DNA of 64,000 nt from an uncultured Anaerolineaceae bacterium (GTDB lineage Bacteria > Chloroflexota > Limnocylindria > Limnocylindrales > CSP1-4). The position numbers and the translations under genes were made by a program. The notes below the pieces were generated by a model. The model worked only from the letters and a program-made list of their open reading frames with translations. It searched no databases and had not been told where the DNA came from. Below, one piece after another: positions 47,485 through 57,107 of the stretch (its first letter is position 1; every line of letters begins with the position of its first letter). The DNA is taken from positions 11 to 64,010 of the forward strand of contig CAYZEJ010000001.1 in NCBI GenBank assembly GCA_964477545.1, in the 5' to 3' direction.

Positions 47485-48678
47485 GTGACTGAAGAACCAA
47501 AACCGGAAGAAAGCCCGGAAACGGACAGCGACCAGGGCGGGCAGGTCGACCGAACCTTCTCGGTGCTGTCTATCGCCGGGTTCTCCCTGTCGTTGGGGGC
47601 CGCTGGACTCGTTATGCCACTCGTGGCTCTCGCGTCTGGTTACGACCTGGCCGCGGTTGGCGTCCTGGCCGCGATCTCGGCGGTTTCGCAGCTCGGCTTC
47701 CGGCTGCTGCTGCCGTGGCTCCTGACGCGGTTCTCCGATCGCGACCTGATCGTCGCCGCCGAGATCATGATGGTCGGCTCTTTCGCCCTGCTCGTGGTCA
47801 GCCGCGAGCTGCCGGCGTTCGTTCTGGCGCAGCTGCTCCAGGGCGGAGCCCGAGCGCTCTTCTGGACGGCGAGCCAGACGCACGCGGTCCGTGGCTCTGG
47901 CGGCGTTGTCCGGTCCTTGGCGATGGTGCAGGCGGTGGGGAATGTCGGGCAGCTGATCGGCCCGGTCGTGGCCGGGATCGTGGCCGCCGAATCGCTCGAC
48001 CTCGCCCTCATCGTGTGTGGTGTGGCGGCGGCAGTAGGGCTAGTTTCCGGGTTCGCCATGACGACGCTGCCGACGTTCCCGAAACAGGTCCGTCACGACG
48101 GTCAGCGGATCTGGCGACGCCCAGGGGTGGACGTCGCCTGCTGGGCTTCCTACAGCGCAGGCGGCTGGCGCGCCATGCTCTCGTCGTACGTTCCCGTCGC
48201 CCTGGCGGCGGCCGGGCAACCTCCCCAGGTCATCGGCGTGCTGATGATGGTGGCCGAGGGGACTGGCGTGGCGGCGTCGGGGCTCCTCCTCCGGCGCCGC
48301 CCGCTCGAAGTCGGGACCGCGATCCAGCTGGCGGTCCTCATCGTCACCGCCAGCCTGATTGCATTCCCGTTCGTTGCCGCGAACGCGGCCGGAGCCGGAC
48401 TGGCGCTGGCGCTGGGCGGCCTGGGCTCTGGCCTGCTTATGAGCCTGGGGCCCGCGCTGGCGACCCAATCGGTGAGCGTCGAAGAGCGTGGCGAGGCGAT
48501 CGCGGTGGCCGGAACCTTCCGCGCCGTTGCCCTCCTCGTCACCCCCGGCGTGACAGCCGCCGCGCTCACGGTCGTCAGTCTCCCGGTCGGGCTGGTCGTG
48601 GCTGCGCTGGCCATTGGAGTTCCGCCCATAGCGGCTGCACTCCGAAGGACGCCTGCGCCCGCGTCGTCGAGCGGATGA
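47485..48678 (+). CDS. MFS transporter (paralog 2)
   Basis: About 70% identical to 12888-14096. Confidence 0.8.
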   Translation: MTEEPKPEESPETDSDQGGQVDRTFSVLSIAGFSLSLGAAGLVMPLVALASGYDLAAVGVLAAISAVSQLGFRLLLPWLLTRFSDRDLIVAAEIMMVGSFALLVVSRELPAFVLAQLLQGGARALFWTASQTHAVRGSGGVVRSLAMVQAVGNVGQLIGPVVAGIVAAESLDLALIVCGVAAAVGLVSGFAMTTLPTFPKQVRHDGQRIWRRPGVDVACWASYSAGGWRAMLSSYVPVALAAAGQPPQVIGVLMMVAEGTGVAASGLLLRRRPLEVGTAIQLAVLIVTASLIAFPFVAANAAGAGLALALGGLGSGLLMSLGPALATQSVSVEERGEAIAVAGTFRAVALLVTPGVTAAALTVVSLPVGLVVAALAIGVPPIAAALRRTPAPASSSG

Positions 48679-48770
48679 AACGTCCGTTGCACGTCGAGGT
48701 CTGTCGTGCATGTACGATTGCATCGGGTCCACGCGTGCGGGCCCGGGGGTAGCTGGGAGGCCTCTGAACC

Positions 48771-49754
48771 GTGCTGCGCATGACGATCGCGACTGGTCGG
48801 TACGACCGGACCGCCGCCCTCCACGACGGTCGTGTCCGACCCGAGGGCATTGACGCCACCTGGCTGGCACTCAACGTGGAGCAGACCTTCTGGCGCATGT
48901 TCCGCCACCAGGAGTTCGACGCGTCCGAGCTATCGCTGTCGGGAACGCTCGTCCGATTGGGCCGCGGTGTCACCGACTTCGTGCCGATCCCGGTCTTCCT
49001 GTCGCGCACGTTCCGCCACGAATGCATCTACGTCAACACGCGCGCTGGGCTGAAGGGGCCCGAGGATCTGGCGGGGCGCCGGGTCGGCTTGCCCGAGTTC
49101 CAGCTCACCGCCTGCGTCTGGGCACGCGGCCTCCTCGAGGACGAGTATGGGGTGCGCCAAGAGGACATCACGTGGATACAGGGCGGCCTCGAGCAGCCCG
49201 GCCGCCGACCCCAGGAGCCGGTGTCGCCACCTGGCGTGACGATCGAGGACGCGCCTGCCGGGGCAACGCTGTCCGCGATGCTTGCCGCGGGAGAGATCGA
49301 CGCACTGATAAGCCCGCGCCGGCCTTCAGTGTTCGGCGATGGAACCGGGCGTGTCGAGCGTTTGATCCCCAATGTCTGGGAGGCCAGCCGGGCGTATTAC
49401 GAGCGCACCAGGATCTTTCCGATCATGCACCTCGTCGCTATCCGGCGTCCGATCGTCGAGGCAAACCCCTGGGTCCCCCAGACGCTGTCGAACGCCTTCC
49501 TCGCGGCCAAGCGGCTGGCGGACGCTGACCTGAGAGACACAACAGCCTTGCCCATCGGGCTGCCGTTCCTGGTCCAGCACGCCGAGGAAACCGCCGAGTT
49601 GATGGGCGACGACTTCTGGCCGTACGGAGTCGAAGCCAATCGAGCGACGCTCGAGGCGTTCGTGCGCTACTCGCACCGTCAGGGCCTGATCCCGGAACTT
49701 CCGGACATCGACTCGCTCTTCCCGGCTTCAACACGCGAGGTCTCCCGGATCTGA
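48771..49754 (+). CDS. PhtD-like protein (paralog 2)
   Basis: MLRMTIATGRYDRTAALHDGRVRPEG N-terminus. About 65-70% identical to paralog 1. Confidence 0.65.
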   Translation: MLRMTIATGRYDRTAALHDGRVRPEGIDATWLALNVEQTFWRMFRHQEFDASELSLSGTLVRLGRGVTDFVPIPVFLSRTFRHECIYVNTRAGLKGPEDLAGRRVGLPEFQLTACVWARGLLEDEYGVRQEDITWIQGGLEQPGRRPQEPVSPPGVTIEDAPAGATLSAMLAAGEIDALISPRRPSVFGDGTGRVERLIPNVWEASRAYYERTRIFPIMHLVAIRRPIVEANPWVPQTLSNAFLAAKRLADADLRDTTALPIGLPFLVQHAEETAELMGDDFWPYGVEANRATLEAFVRYSHRQGLIPELPDIDSLFPASTREVSRI

Positions 49755-49755
49755 G

Positions 49756-50820
49756 ATGAGGTTCTCGATCGCATCTCTCGGCGAAGAGCCGGCCGACCGC
49801 TTCGTCCCGTACGTCCGCCTGTGCGAAGGACTGGGCTTCGACTCCTTCTGCCATGCCGACGAGAAATGGACCCGCGATGTGTACGTGCGCCTCGCACTGG
49901 CCGGCGCGGCGACCTCGCGGATCGGTCTCGGCATCACGGTTACCGACCCGTACACGCGACATCCGGCGCTGACTGCCCAGGCCACGGCGACGCTTTCGGA
50001 GGCGACAGGTGGCCGTCTGCGAGTCGTCCTCGGCGCGGGCAGCCACTTCGAGACGCTTCCTGGTTACGCGTCGGTCAGGCCCGCCGTCGGCATCCGCGAG
50101 TCGGCGGAGCTCATGCGCCGGCTGTGGGCCGGCGAACGCGTGACGGTCGACGGCGAGATGGTCAAGTTCACGAACGGGACCTTGGACTTCGAGCTGGCTC
50201 CTGAGCACCGGCCAGCGCTTTGGGTGGCGGGCCGCGGGGAATTCGTCCTGCAGTCGGGCGGCGCCGTCGGCGACGGGGTGCTCATCGGAAGTTTCGCGAC
50301 GCCCGAGGGCATTCGATGGGCCAAGTCGAAGATCGAGAAAGGCATGGCCTCGTCTGGACGGTCGTGGTCCGATGTGAGCCTGGCGTCGTGGCTCTATGTC
50401 GCCGTCCTGGAAAACGAAGACGATCCGGTGCCCGAGGGGGTGCGGCGCGGCGTCAGCCACGCGCTCTGGAGTAGCCGCGCAGTCGTTACCCCACTGCTCG
50501 AGGGCGTCGAGATGAAGAACGCCGACGAGTTCCGGCGGTTTCTGACCGATGCGCCGCACGAATGGTCGCCCGAGATCATGGCCGAGCTCCGCCGCCTCAT
50601 CCCGCGCGAGGTGTTCGATGTCCTTGCGCTGGTCGGAACCGCCGACCAGGTTGCAGGCCGGCTGGCGGCTCTCGAGGCGGAGGGCATCGAGGAGTGCATT
50701 GCGTGGCCATTCCCGCCGGACGGGATGGACGTCGAGGACTATGCGATCCGCCTGGGCAGCGAACTGCTGCCGCGCGTCCGTGGGATTCGCTCGCGGGGCG
50801 AATACCGACTCGTCGACTAG
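49756..50820 (+). CDS. LLM-class F420/flavin-dependent oxidoreductase (paralog 2)
   Basis: About 65% identical to 16945-18033. Confidence 0.85.
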   Translation: MRFSIASLGEEPADRFVPYVRLCEGLGFDSFCHADEKWTRDVYVRLALAGAATSRIGLGITVTDPYTRHPALTAQATATLSEATGGRLRVVLGAGSHFETLPGYASVRPAVGIRESAELMRRLWAGERVTVDGEMVKFTNGTLDFELAPEHRPALWVAGRGEFVLQSGGAVGDGVLIGSFATPEGIRWAKSKIEKGMASSGRSWSDVSLASWLYVAVLENEDDPVPEGVRRGVSHALWSSRAVVTPLLEGVEMKNADEFRRFLTDAPHEWSPEIMAELRRLIPREVFDVLALVGTADQVAGRLAALEAEGIEECIAWPFPPDGMDVEDYAIRLGSELLPRVRGIRSRGEYRLVD

Positions 50821-50830
50821 CCTTGAAACC

Positions 50831-51361
50831 ATGGTTCTGACCGCTGCGAAGCCCCGCCCCATCTACCTTGCCGGGCAGTGGGTCGAATCGCCCGATGTGC
50901 TTGAGGTCAGCAATCCGGCCGAGCCCTCGGGCTCAGCGGGAACCACCTACAACGCCACTCCCGACCAGTACGAGCAGGCCGTGCAGGCCGCAGTGGCCGC
51001 CTTTGAGGTGACGCGGTCGCTTCCGGCATACGAACGCGGCCGAGCGCTGCGCGAGATAAGCGCCGGCCTCACCGCCCGCAGGCTCGAGCTGGGCGCCCTC
51101 ATCCGCTCGGAGATCGGCAAGATCACTGCCGACGCCGTCCTCGAGGTTGACCGAACCGCCCTGACGTTCCGGCTGGCGGCCGAGGAAGCGGAGCGAATGG
51201 TCGGCGAGGTCATTCCACTCGACCTGCTGCCCAGTTCGAAGGGGAGGGTGGGAATCACGCGTCGCTTTCCGATCGGTCCCGTGGCGGGAATCAGCCCGTT
51301 CAACCTGCCTGGCACCCGCTCGACGGCGGCCGCTACATCGGCACCGGCGTCGCCGTGGTGA
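50831..51361 (+). pseudogene. N-terminal ~177-aa fragment of an aldehyde dehydrogenase (homolog of 26822-28267), fused to UbiD remnant DNA
   Basis: Aligns to ALDH residues 1 to about 170 and stops matching at ISPFNLP. The next nucleotides read WHP(L)DGGRYIGTG, which is UbiD sequence, in another frame. Confidence 0.6.
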
Positions 51362-52238
51362 TCAAGGACCCCGACTCAGACTGGATCAACGTCGGGACGT
51401 ACCGGGTCATGATCCACGACGACAAGCGGATCGGGATCTACATCGCGCCGGGCAAGCACGGCAAGCAGTTTCAGGACGCCTACTTCAAGCGCGGTGAGCC
51501 CTGTCCGATCGCGATCGTCTGCGGAATGGACCCGTTGCTGTTCCTGGCCTCAACGCTCGAGGTGCCGCAGGGCGTGTCCGAGTACGACTGGGTGGGCGGG
51601 ATCCGCGGTGAGCCCTATCCGCCACCGGCCGCAAGGACGAGCCGATGATGGAGGTCGCAGGTCTATATCACCGCAACGACCCGATCATCCTCGGCGTCCC
51701 CCCGAACAAGCCGCCGTGGGAGCCGATACGCTACCGCGAGTACCTCCGGTCCGCGCTGCTCCTCCGGAACATGAAGGCAGCCGGGGTCCCCGGCGTCGTG
51801 GACGCGATGTGCTATGCGTTCGGCGGAAACCGACTGTTCACCGTCGTCTCCATCCAGCCGCGCTACGCCGGCCACGCCCGGCAGGCGATGCACGTCGCAG
51901 CAATGGGCCACGCCGGCGCGTACATGGGCCGCATCGTGGTCGTCGTCGAGGACGACATCGACGTCACCGACATCACCGAGGTGCTATGGGCGATGGTCAC
52001 CCGCGGCGACCCGGAACGCTCGATCGACATGATCAAGCGCGCTTGGTCCGGCCCGATCGACCCGGCCATCCATCCGGACCTCAAGGGCCACAACTCGCGG
52101 CTGCTGTACGACGCGACGCGGCCATGGGAGTGGCGCGACAAGTTCCCACCGGCGATCGGTCCTGATCCCGAGACGAAGGCCCGCACCCGCGAGCAATGGG
52201 GCTGGATCCTCTCCGGCGGCGAGCCGCCTTCACGGTGA
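51355..52238 (+). pseudogene. UbiD-family decarboxylase remnant (homolog of 15148-16683) lacking the N-terminal ~150 aa, with an internal frameshifting deletion
   Basis: Two consecutive frames (51355-51648 and 51645-52238) match UbiD 1 middle and C-terminal regions at about 80% identity. About 50 aa between GEPYP and EPMMEV are deleted, which shifts the frame. Confidence 0.6.
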
Positions 52239-52245
52239 CGATCCC

Positions 52246-53235
52246 ATGAACCCGGTGGAGTTGACTCTCGCCATGCACGACTACGACCACACCCGCGACG
52301 TCGTCACGGGCAAGGTTCCGGTCGAGGGAGTTCGGCTGCGCACGGTCGAGCTGACACCGCCCGAGCTGAACGCCAGGTTCTCCAAGCTGCGTGAGTGGGA
52401 GATCTCCGAGTTCGGCTTGGGCAAGTACATCGCCCTTCGCGCCGGCGGCGACGACGGCATAACCGCGATCCCCGTCTTTCCGGCGCGCGCCTTTCGCCAG
52501 TCGGCCATCTACGTTGCGGCCGACAGCTCGCTCGAGGCGCTGGAGGAGCTGGCCGGAAAACGTGTCGGCATCCCGGAGTGGGCGCAGACAGCGGTGGTGT
52601 GGGCGCGCGGTCTGTTGGCCGATCACCACGGCGTCGATCTCACCACCATCGACTGGTATCAGGCTGGAGTCGACGAGCCCGGCCGTGCCGAGAAGGTGGC
52701 CATCCAGCTACCGGCCGGGGTGCGGCTCACCGCGCGCCCGGACGCGACCCTTCAGGAGCTGCTCCTCGGCAGCGAGCTCGACGCGATCATCACTGCCCAG
52801 CCGCCGAAGGCGTTTGCCAGCACTGACGGCCGCATCAGGCGGTTGCTTCGTGAGCCACGCGCGGCTGAGGAGGCGTACTTTCGCGCCACCGGCATTTTCC
52901 CGATCATGCACCTGATCGCGATCCGGCGCGACGCGTACGACGCGGATCCGTGGATCGCGCGCAATCTGCTCACCGCTTTCGAGACTGCCAAGCAACGCAG
53001 CGACGAGCGCCTCGCCGACCCGATGTCGCCGCGCATGCCGCTGCCCTGGAGCGCCGACGACGCATCCCGGGCTCGTCACGTCTTCGGGGGCGATCCCTAT
53101 GCGTACGGCATCGAGCCGAACCGCCGGACGCTCGACGCACTGCTCGATTACGCAACCGCCCAGGGCATCGCTGCGCGCCGCCTGGAGGTCGATGAGCTAT
53201 TCGCCCCGACCGTGCGGGAGACAATCCGACGGTGA
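52246..53235 (+). CDS. PhtD-like protein (paralog 3)
   Basis: MNPVELTLAMHDYDHTRDVVTGKVPVEG N-terminus, same family as the other paralogs. Confidence 0.65.
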   Translation: MNPVELTLAMHDYDHTRDVVTGKVPVEGVRLRTVELTPPELNARFSKLREWEISEFGLGKYIALRAGGDDGITAIPVFPARAFRQSAIYVAADSSLEALEELAGKRVGIPEWAQTAVVWARGLLADHHGVDLTTIDWYQAGVDEPGRAEKVAIQLPAGVRLTARPDATLQELLLGSELDAIITAQPPKAFASTDGRIRRLLREPRAAEEAYFRATGIFPIMHLIAIRRDAYDADPWIARNLLTAFETAKQRSDERLADPMSPRMPLPWSADDASRARHVFGGDPYAYGIEPNRRTLDALLDYATAQGIAARRLEVDELFAPTVRETIRR

Positions 53236-53244
53236 GGCGTGTGT

Positions 53245-53340
53245 AATTTCCAGGAAATGGAAGATTCACGTGCGAAAAACGTTGACGGCAACATTTGTTG
53301 CTGGCAGACTCGCCCGGCGCACGGAATTTTCCGCGCATTC
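53245..53340. promoter_or_regulatory. AT-richer regulatory region with palindromes ATTTCCAGGAAAT and GGAATTTTCC, GTTGAC box and GCAACATTTGTTGC (site 8, 53288-53301)
   Basis: A perfect 13-nt palindrome at 53246-53258, an exact GCAAC-N4-GTTGC at 53288-53301, and a second TTCC/GGAA inverted repeat at about 53321-53330. Upstream of the ABC operon, whose RBS GAGGAGG is at 53376-53382. Confidence 0.45.
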
Positions 53341-53390
53341 GCTTGCGGTCTGCGGCATCGGAACGGAACCGCTTTGAGGAGGAATGTCGA

Positions 53391-54473
53391 GTGAATATGG
53401 CCCGCGCGGGCGCCCTGGTGGCGACCGCAATCATGATGGTGGCGTGTGCGGCACCAGCCGCGCCGACACAGGCGCCTGCCACAGCGGCACCGGCCACAGC
53501 GGCACCGGCGACTCCGGACGCCAATCCGAGCCCCGGCGCACCTGAAAAGACGACGCTCCGTATCGTCCAGGGGTCTAGCCCGGACTACACCCAGATCGCA
53601 TTGACCAAGGCGATCGAGTATCTGAACGAGCGTGGCATCCAGACCACGTTCGAAAGCGTCGACGATACCGACGTCGCCACCCGCGCGGTCATCGCCGGCC
53701 AGGCCGACATCGTTGTCAACTCGCTCTTCTTCGGCATCAACGCCGTCAAGGAGGGCATCCCGCTCGTGACGATCATGGCCGACGCGCAGACGCTCGACTA
53801 TCTGCTCGTCAGCACGCCCGACGTCACCGATCCCAAGCAGCTCGAGGACGGCGGAACGATGGGCATCAACCAGCCCGGCGACCTGGGCGCAACCGTGGCC
53901 GACCAGTGCCTCAAGTTCCTCGACGTGGACGTGACGACGGTGCAGTTCGTGCAGGTCGGCGGCACCGGCGCGCGCATGGCGGCACTCCTTGCCGGCCAGA
54001 TCCAAGCCGCTCCTGCGCACGCTGCAGAGGCTCTTGCCGCGGTAGACGAGGGCGGTTTGACCGTGCTGGCCGACTGCGGCGAGGCGATCGGCTCGTTCCT
54101 CCAGACTGGCGCCACGGTTGACTCCAACTGGCTCGCCGCTAACCCGAACCTGGCACAGCACTTCGTCGATGCCTACATCGACGCCCTGCGCTGGGCGGAG
54201 GACAACAAGGACGAATACATGGAGCTGTCCCGGACAGTTCTGCCCGAGATGCCGGAGGCACAGCGCAGCCCGGCCTATGACGTCTTCAAGAACGTCGGCC
54301 TCTTCGCTGTCAACGGCGGGCTCAGCCCGGCGAGCATCCAGAAGCTGACCGACATCGGCCTCGACGCCAGCTCGATCGAGGAGCCGGTGCCGGATAACTG
54401 GTACACGATGGATCTGATCGAGAACTACCTCGCCCGCAACGACGAGGTCGATCAGCCGAACTTCCGACCGTAG
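53391..54473 (+). CDS. NMT1/THI5/SsuA-like ABC substrate-binding lipoprotein
   Basis: Lipobox VAC with Ala/Pro/Thr linker. Start GTG 53391 or ATG 53397. Confidence 0.75.
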   Translation: MNMARAGALVATAIMMVACAAPAAPTQAPATAAPATAAPATPDANPSPGAPEKTTLRIVQGSSPDYTQIALTKAIEYLNERGIQTTFESVDDTDVATRAVIAGQADIVVNSLFFGINAVKEGIPLVTIMADAQTLDYLLVSTPDVTDPKQLEDGGTMGINQPGDLGATVADQCLKFLDVDVTTVQFVQVGGTGARMAALLAGQIQAAPAHAAEALAAVDEGGLTVLADCGEAIGSFLQTGATVDSNWLAANPNLAQHFVDAYIDALRWAEDNKDEYMELSRTVLPEMPEAQRSPAYDVFKNVGLFAVNGGLSPASIQKLTDIGLDASSIEEPVPDNWYTMDLIENYLARNDEVDQPNFRP

Positions 54474-54564
54474 TCGGCGAGCGGTAATTCGATCCAGGGT
54501 CAATCACCTGCAGTGTGGCCGGCGAGAGCCGGCCACACTGCACTTCTAACGGAGAAGGCCAGCC

Positions 54565-55341
54565 GTGCTTGAGATGGTGAAGGTCAACAAGGCGTTCGCC
54601 ACGTCGGCCGGCAAGGTCCTGGACGACTTCACCCTGTCGGTCAAGCCTGGCGAATTCGTCAGCCTGATCGGGCCATCCGGCTGCGGCAAGACGACTGCAC
54701 TGAGGATCGTGGCCGGGCTGCTCTCCCCCTCCAGCGGGAAGGTCGTCGTCAACGGCAAGGAGAGTCTCGGACCATCGCGCGAGAAGGCCATCGTCTTCCA
54801 GCACTTCAACCTGTTCCCGTGGCGGACGGCGATCGACAACGTTGCGTACGGCCTCGAGATCCACGGTGTCAAGAAACAAGAGCGCCTTAAGATCGCGCGC
54901 GAATACCTCGATCTGGTTGGCTTGAGGGCGTCCGAGAAGCAGTTCCCCGCCCAGCTGTCGGGCGGAATGCGTCAGCGCATCGGTATCGCGCGCGCACTCG
55001 CGATCAACCCGAAGCTGCTGCTGATGGACGAGCCCTTCGGGGCCCTCGACGCCCTTACGCGGGAGTACCTACAGGGTCAGCTGGCGCGGATCTGCGAGGA
55101 GCGCAACCTCACGACGCTGTTCGTGACCCATTCGATCGACGAGGCGATCTACCTGTCCGACCGTGTCGTGGTGATGGGCGTACAACCCGGGCGCATAATC
55201 GCGGAGTTCCCCATCAGCCTGCCCAAGCCGCGGGCTGACTACAACTTCCGGGCTGAGGCGGTGTACGCGAAGGTGCGCGAGGAGATCTGGCAGCTGCTCG
55301 AGCAGCAGATCAGCAAGACGGCCGAGGCGGTTCCCGTATGA
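54565..55341 (+). CDS. ABC transporter ATPase (SsuB/TauB/NrtD type)
   Basis: Walker A GPSGCGKTT, signature LSGGMRQR, Walker B LLLMDEPF. Confidence 0.9.
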   Translation: MLEMVKVNKAFATSAGKVLDDFTLSVKPGEFVSLIGPSGCGKTTALRIVAGLLSPSSGKVVVNGKESLGPSREKAIVFQHFNLFPWRTAIDNVAYGLEIHGVKKQERLKIAREYLDLVGLRASEKQFPAQLSGGMRQRIGIARALAINPKLLLMDEPFGALDALTREYLQGQLARICEERNLTTLFVTHSIDEAIYLSDRVVVMGVQPGRIIAEFPISLPKPRADYNFRAEAVYAKVREEIWQLLEQQISKTAEAVPV

Positions 55342-56171
55342 CCGCGGTCGCACGGCCGATCAACGCGGGGGGCTCGCCCAACCCGGTCGTCGAAGCGGCC
55401 GGTCGCCTGGCCGGCAGGATCTTCAGCCGCAAGAACGGCTTGCGGCTGGCGTCGCTGATCGTCGTCTTCGGCGTGTGGGAGCTGTGGGGGTCGGCCAACC
55501 CGTTCTTTGCCTCACATCCCTCGGCAATCTTCGAGGCGGCCCGCGAGGATCTTCTCCGGGTGGTCCTGCCTGCCTTCGTCACGACCATCACAGCGCTGCT
55601 TGTTGGCCTCGCGATCGCCACGCCGATCGGCATCGCTATTGGGTTCGCGATGGGTCGCGTCCGGCTGCTTGACGTGGCATTGACGCCGTACGTCAACGCG
55701 ATCTACGCGACACCGCGTATCGCGCTCATCCCCGTGCTGGTGCTGTGGCTCGGCATCGGGTTCGAAATGCGGATCACGATCGTCGCGCTGGGCGCGGTCT
55801 TCCCACTGATCATCAACACCTACGCCGGAGCGAAGCACGTCGATCCCGAACTGCTCGACACCGGCCGGTCCTTCATGGCCAGCCCCGGTCAGATGCTGCG
55901 CACCATCGTCATGCCGTCGTCGCTGCCGTTCATGTTCGCTGGCTTCCGCATCGGCATCGGCCGCGGCGTGTCGGGCGTGATCGTCGCCGAGATGACATCG
56001 GCGCTGACCGGGCTCGGGCGGATCATGATCGAGAACGCCAAGTACCTTCAGATCGCCGAAGTGTTCGTCAGCATCATGGTGCTGGGCATCTTCAGCCTTT
56101 TCCTCTTCGAGGGCGTCGCGCGAGTCCAGAAGAGGCTCACGCCGTGGGGCAATGTGGAGCGCCTGAAGTGA
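55338..56171 (+). CDS. ABC permease (SsuC/TauC type), first of two
   Basis: Binding-protein-dependent transport system inner-membrane component. ATGA overlap with the ATPase. Confidence 0.85.
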   Translation: MTAVARPINAGGSPNPVVEAAGRLAGRIFSRKNGLRLASLIVVFGVWELWGSANPFFASHPSAIFEAAREDLLRVVLPAFVTTITALLVGLAIATPIGIAIGFAMGRVRLLDVALTPYVNAIYATPRIALIPVLVLWLGIGFEMRITIVALGAVFPLIINTYAGAKHVDPELLDTGRSFMASPGQMLRTIVMPSSLPFMFAGFRIGIGRGVSGVIVAEMTSALTGLGRIMIENAKYLQIAEVFVSIMVLGIFSLFLFEGVARVQKRLTPWGNVERLK

Positions 56172-57052
56172 CGGTCCGCAATCCGGCCAGCGAGGCCGGC
56201 ATCGCCACCCCGAGTCTGGCCGAGAGTCCGGAGCTCGCAGCGTCGCCGATCGAGGAACTCGATCCGACGAAGAAGCCGGGCTTCCTCTACACCCGCACAG
56301 GGATGCTCATCGTCCGCATCGCGACCGCTGTGCTTATCTTTGGCGCCTGGGAATGGTACGGCCAGGGCGTAAGCCGGGCACTGTTGGCGCCTCCGTCGCG
56401 GATCGTGGCCAAGGCCTTCGAGCTCCTTCAGAACGGCGAGATCATCGCAGCGCTGAGTCAGAGCGTTACGACGATGCTCATCGGACTCTCCATATCGATC
56501 GCCGTCGGCATTCCGCTGGGCATGGTCATGGGTCGATTCAAGACCGTTGAGTCGGTGCTCGACCCGTACGTGCTTTTCCTGTACGTGCTGCCGAGTGTCG
56601 CGTTCGTGCCGGTGTTCGTGGTGATGTTCGGGCTCGACATCAAGCTGCGCCTCGCCTTGATCGTCATGTCGGCGGCCTTCCCATTGATCATCAACACGAT
56701 CGCCGGGGTGAAACACGTGGACAGCGAGCTGATCGACGGCGGCAAGGCATTTACCGCGAACGAGCGGCAGATCATGTGGACGGTGCTGCTGCCCGGATCG
56801 CTGCCGTTCATATTTGCCGGCCTGCGCATCGGCTTCTCGGCGGCCTGGGTGGGCTGCATCGTGGCCGAGATGACGGCGCTGATCACCGGCGTCGGCGGGC
56901 TGCTCCTCGAGGCCTCTGCCCGGTTCCGCACTGCGGACGTATTCGTGGCGATATTTGGCATCATGGCCGTTGCGGTCACGATTCAATGGTTCACGGCTCG
57001 CCTCGAAGTCTGGCTCACGCCGTGGGCACGCACTGGGAACGAAGCGACCTAG
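56168..57052 (+). CDS. ABC permease (SsuC/TauC type), second of two
   Basis: GTGA overlap with the first permease. The track ORF 55745-57052 carries a shadow N-terminal extension. Confidence 0.85.
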   Translation: MTVRNPASEAGIATPSLAESPELAASPIEELDPTKKPGFLYTRTGMLIVRIATAVLIFGAWEWYGQGVSRALLAPPSRIVAKAFELLQNGEIIAALSQSVTTMLIGLSISIAVGIPLGMVMGRFKTVESVLDPYVLFLYVLPSVAFVPVFVVMFGLDIKLRLALIVMSAAFPLIINTIAGVKHVDSELIDGGKAFTANERQIMWTVLLPGSLPFIFAGLRIGFSAAWVGCIVAEMTALITGVGGLLLEASARFRTADVFVAIFGIMAVAVTIQWFTARLEVWLTPWARTGNEAT

Positions 57053-57107
57053 GGATCGCGCAGCCGGCCGCAGCACGTTCGGCAACGCTGCGCTAGAAGG
57101 AGGACCG

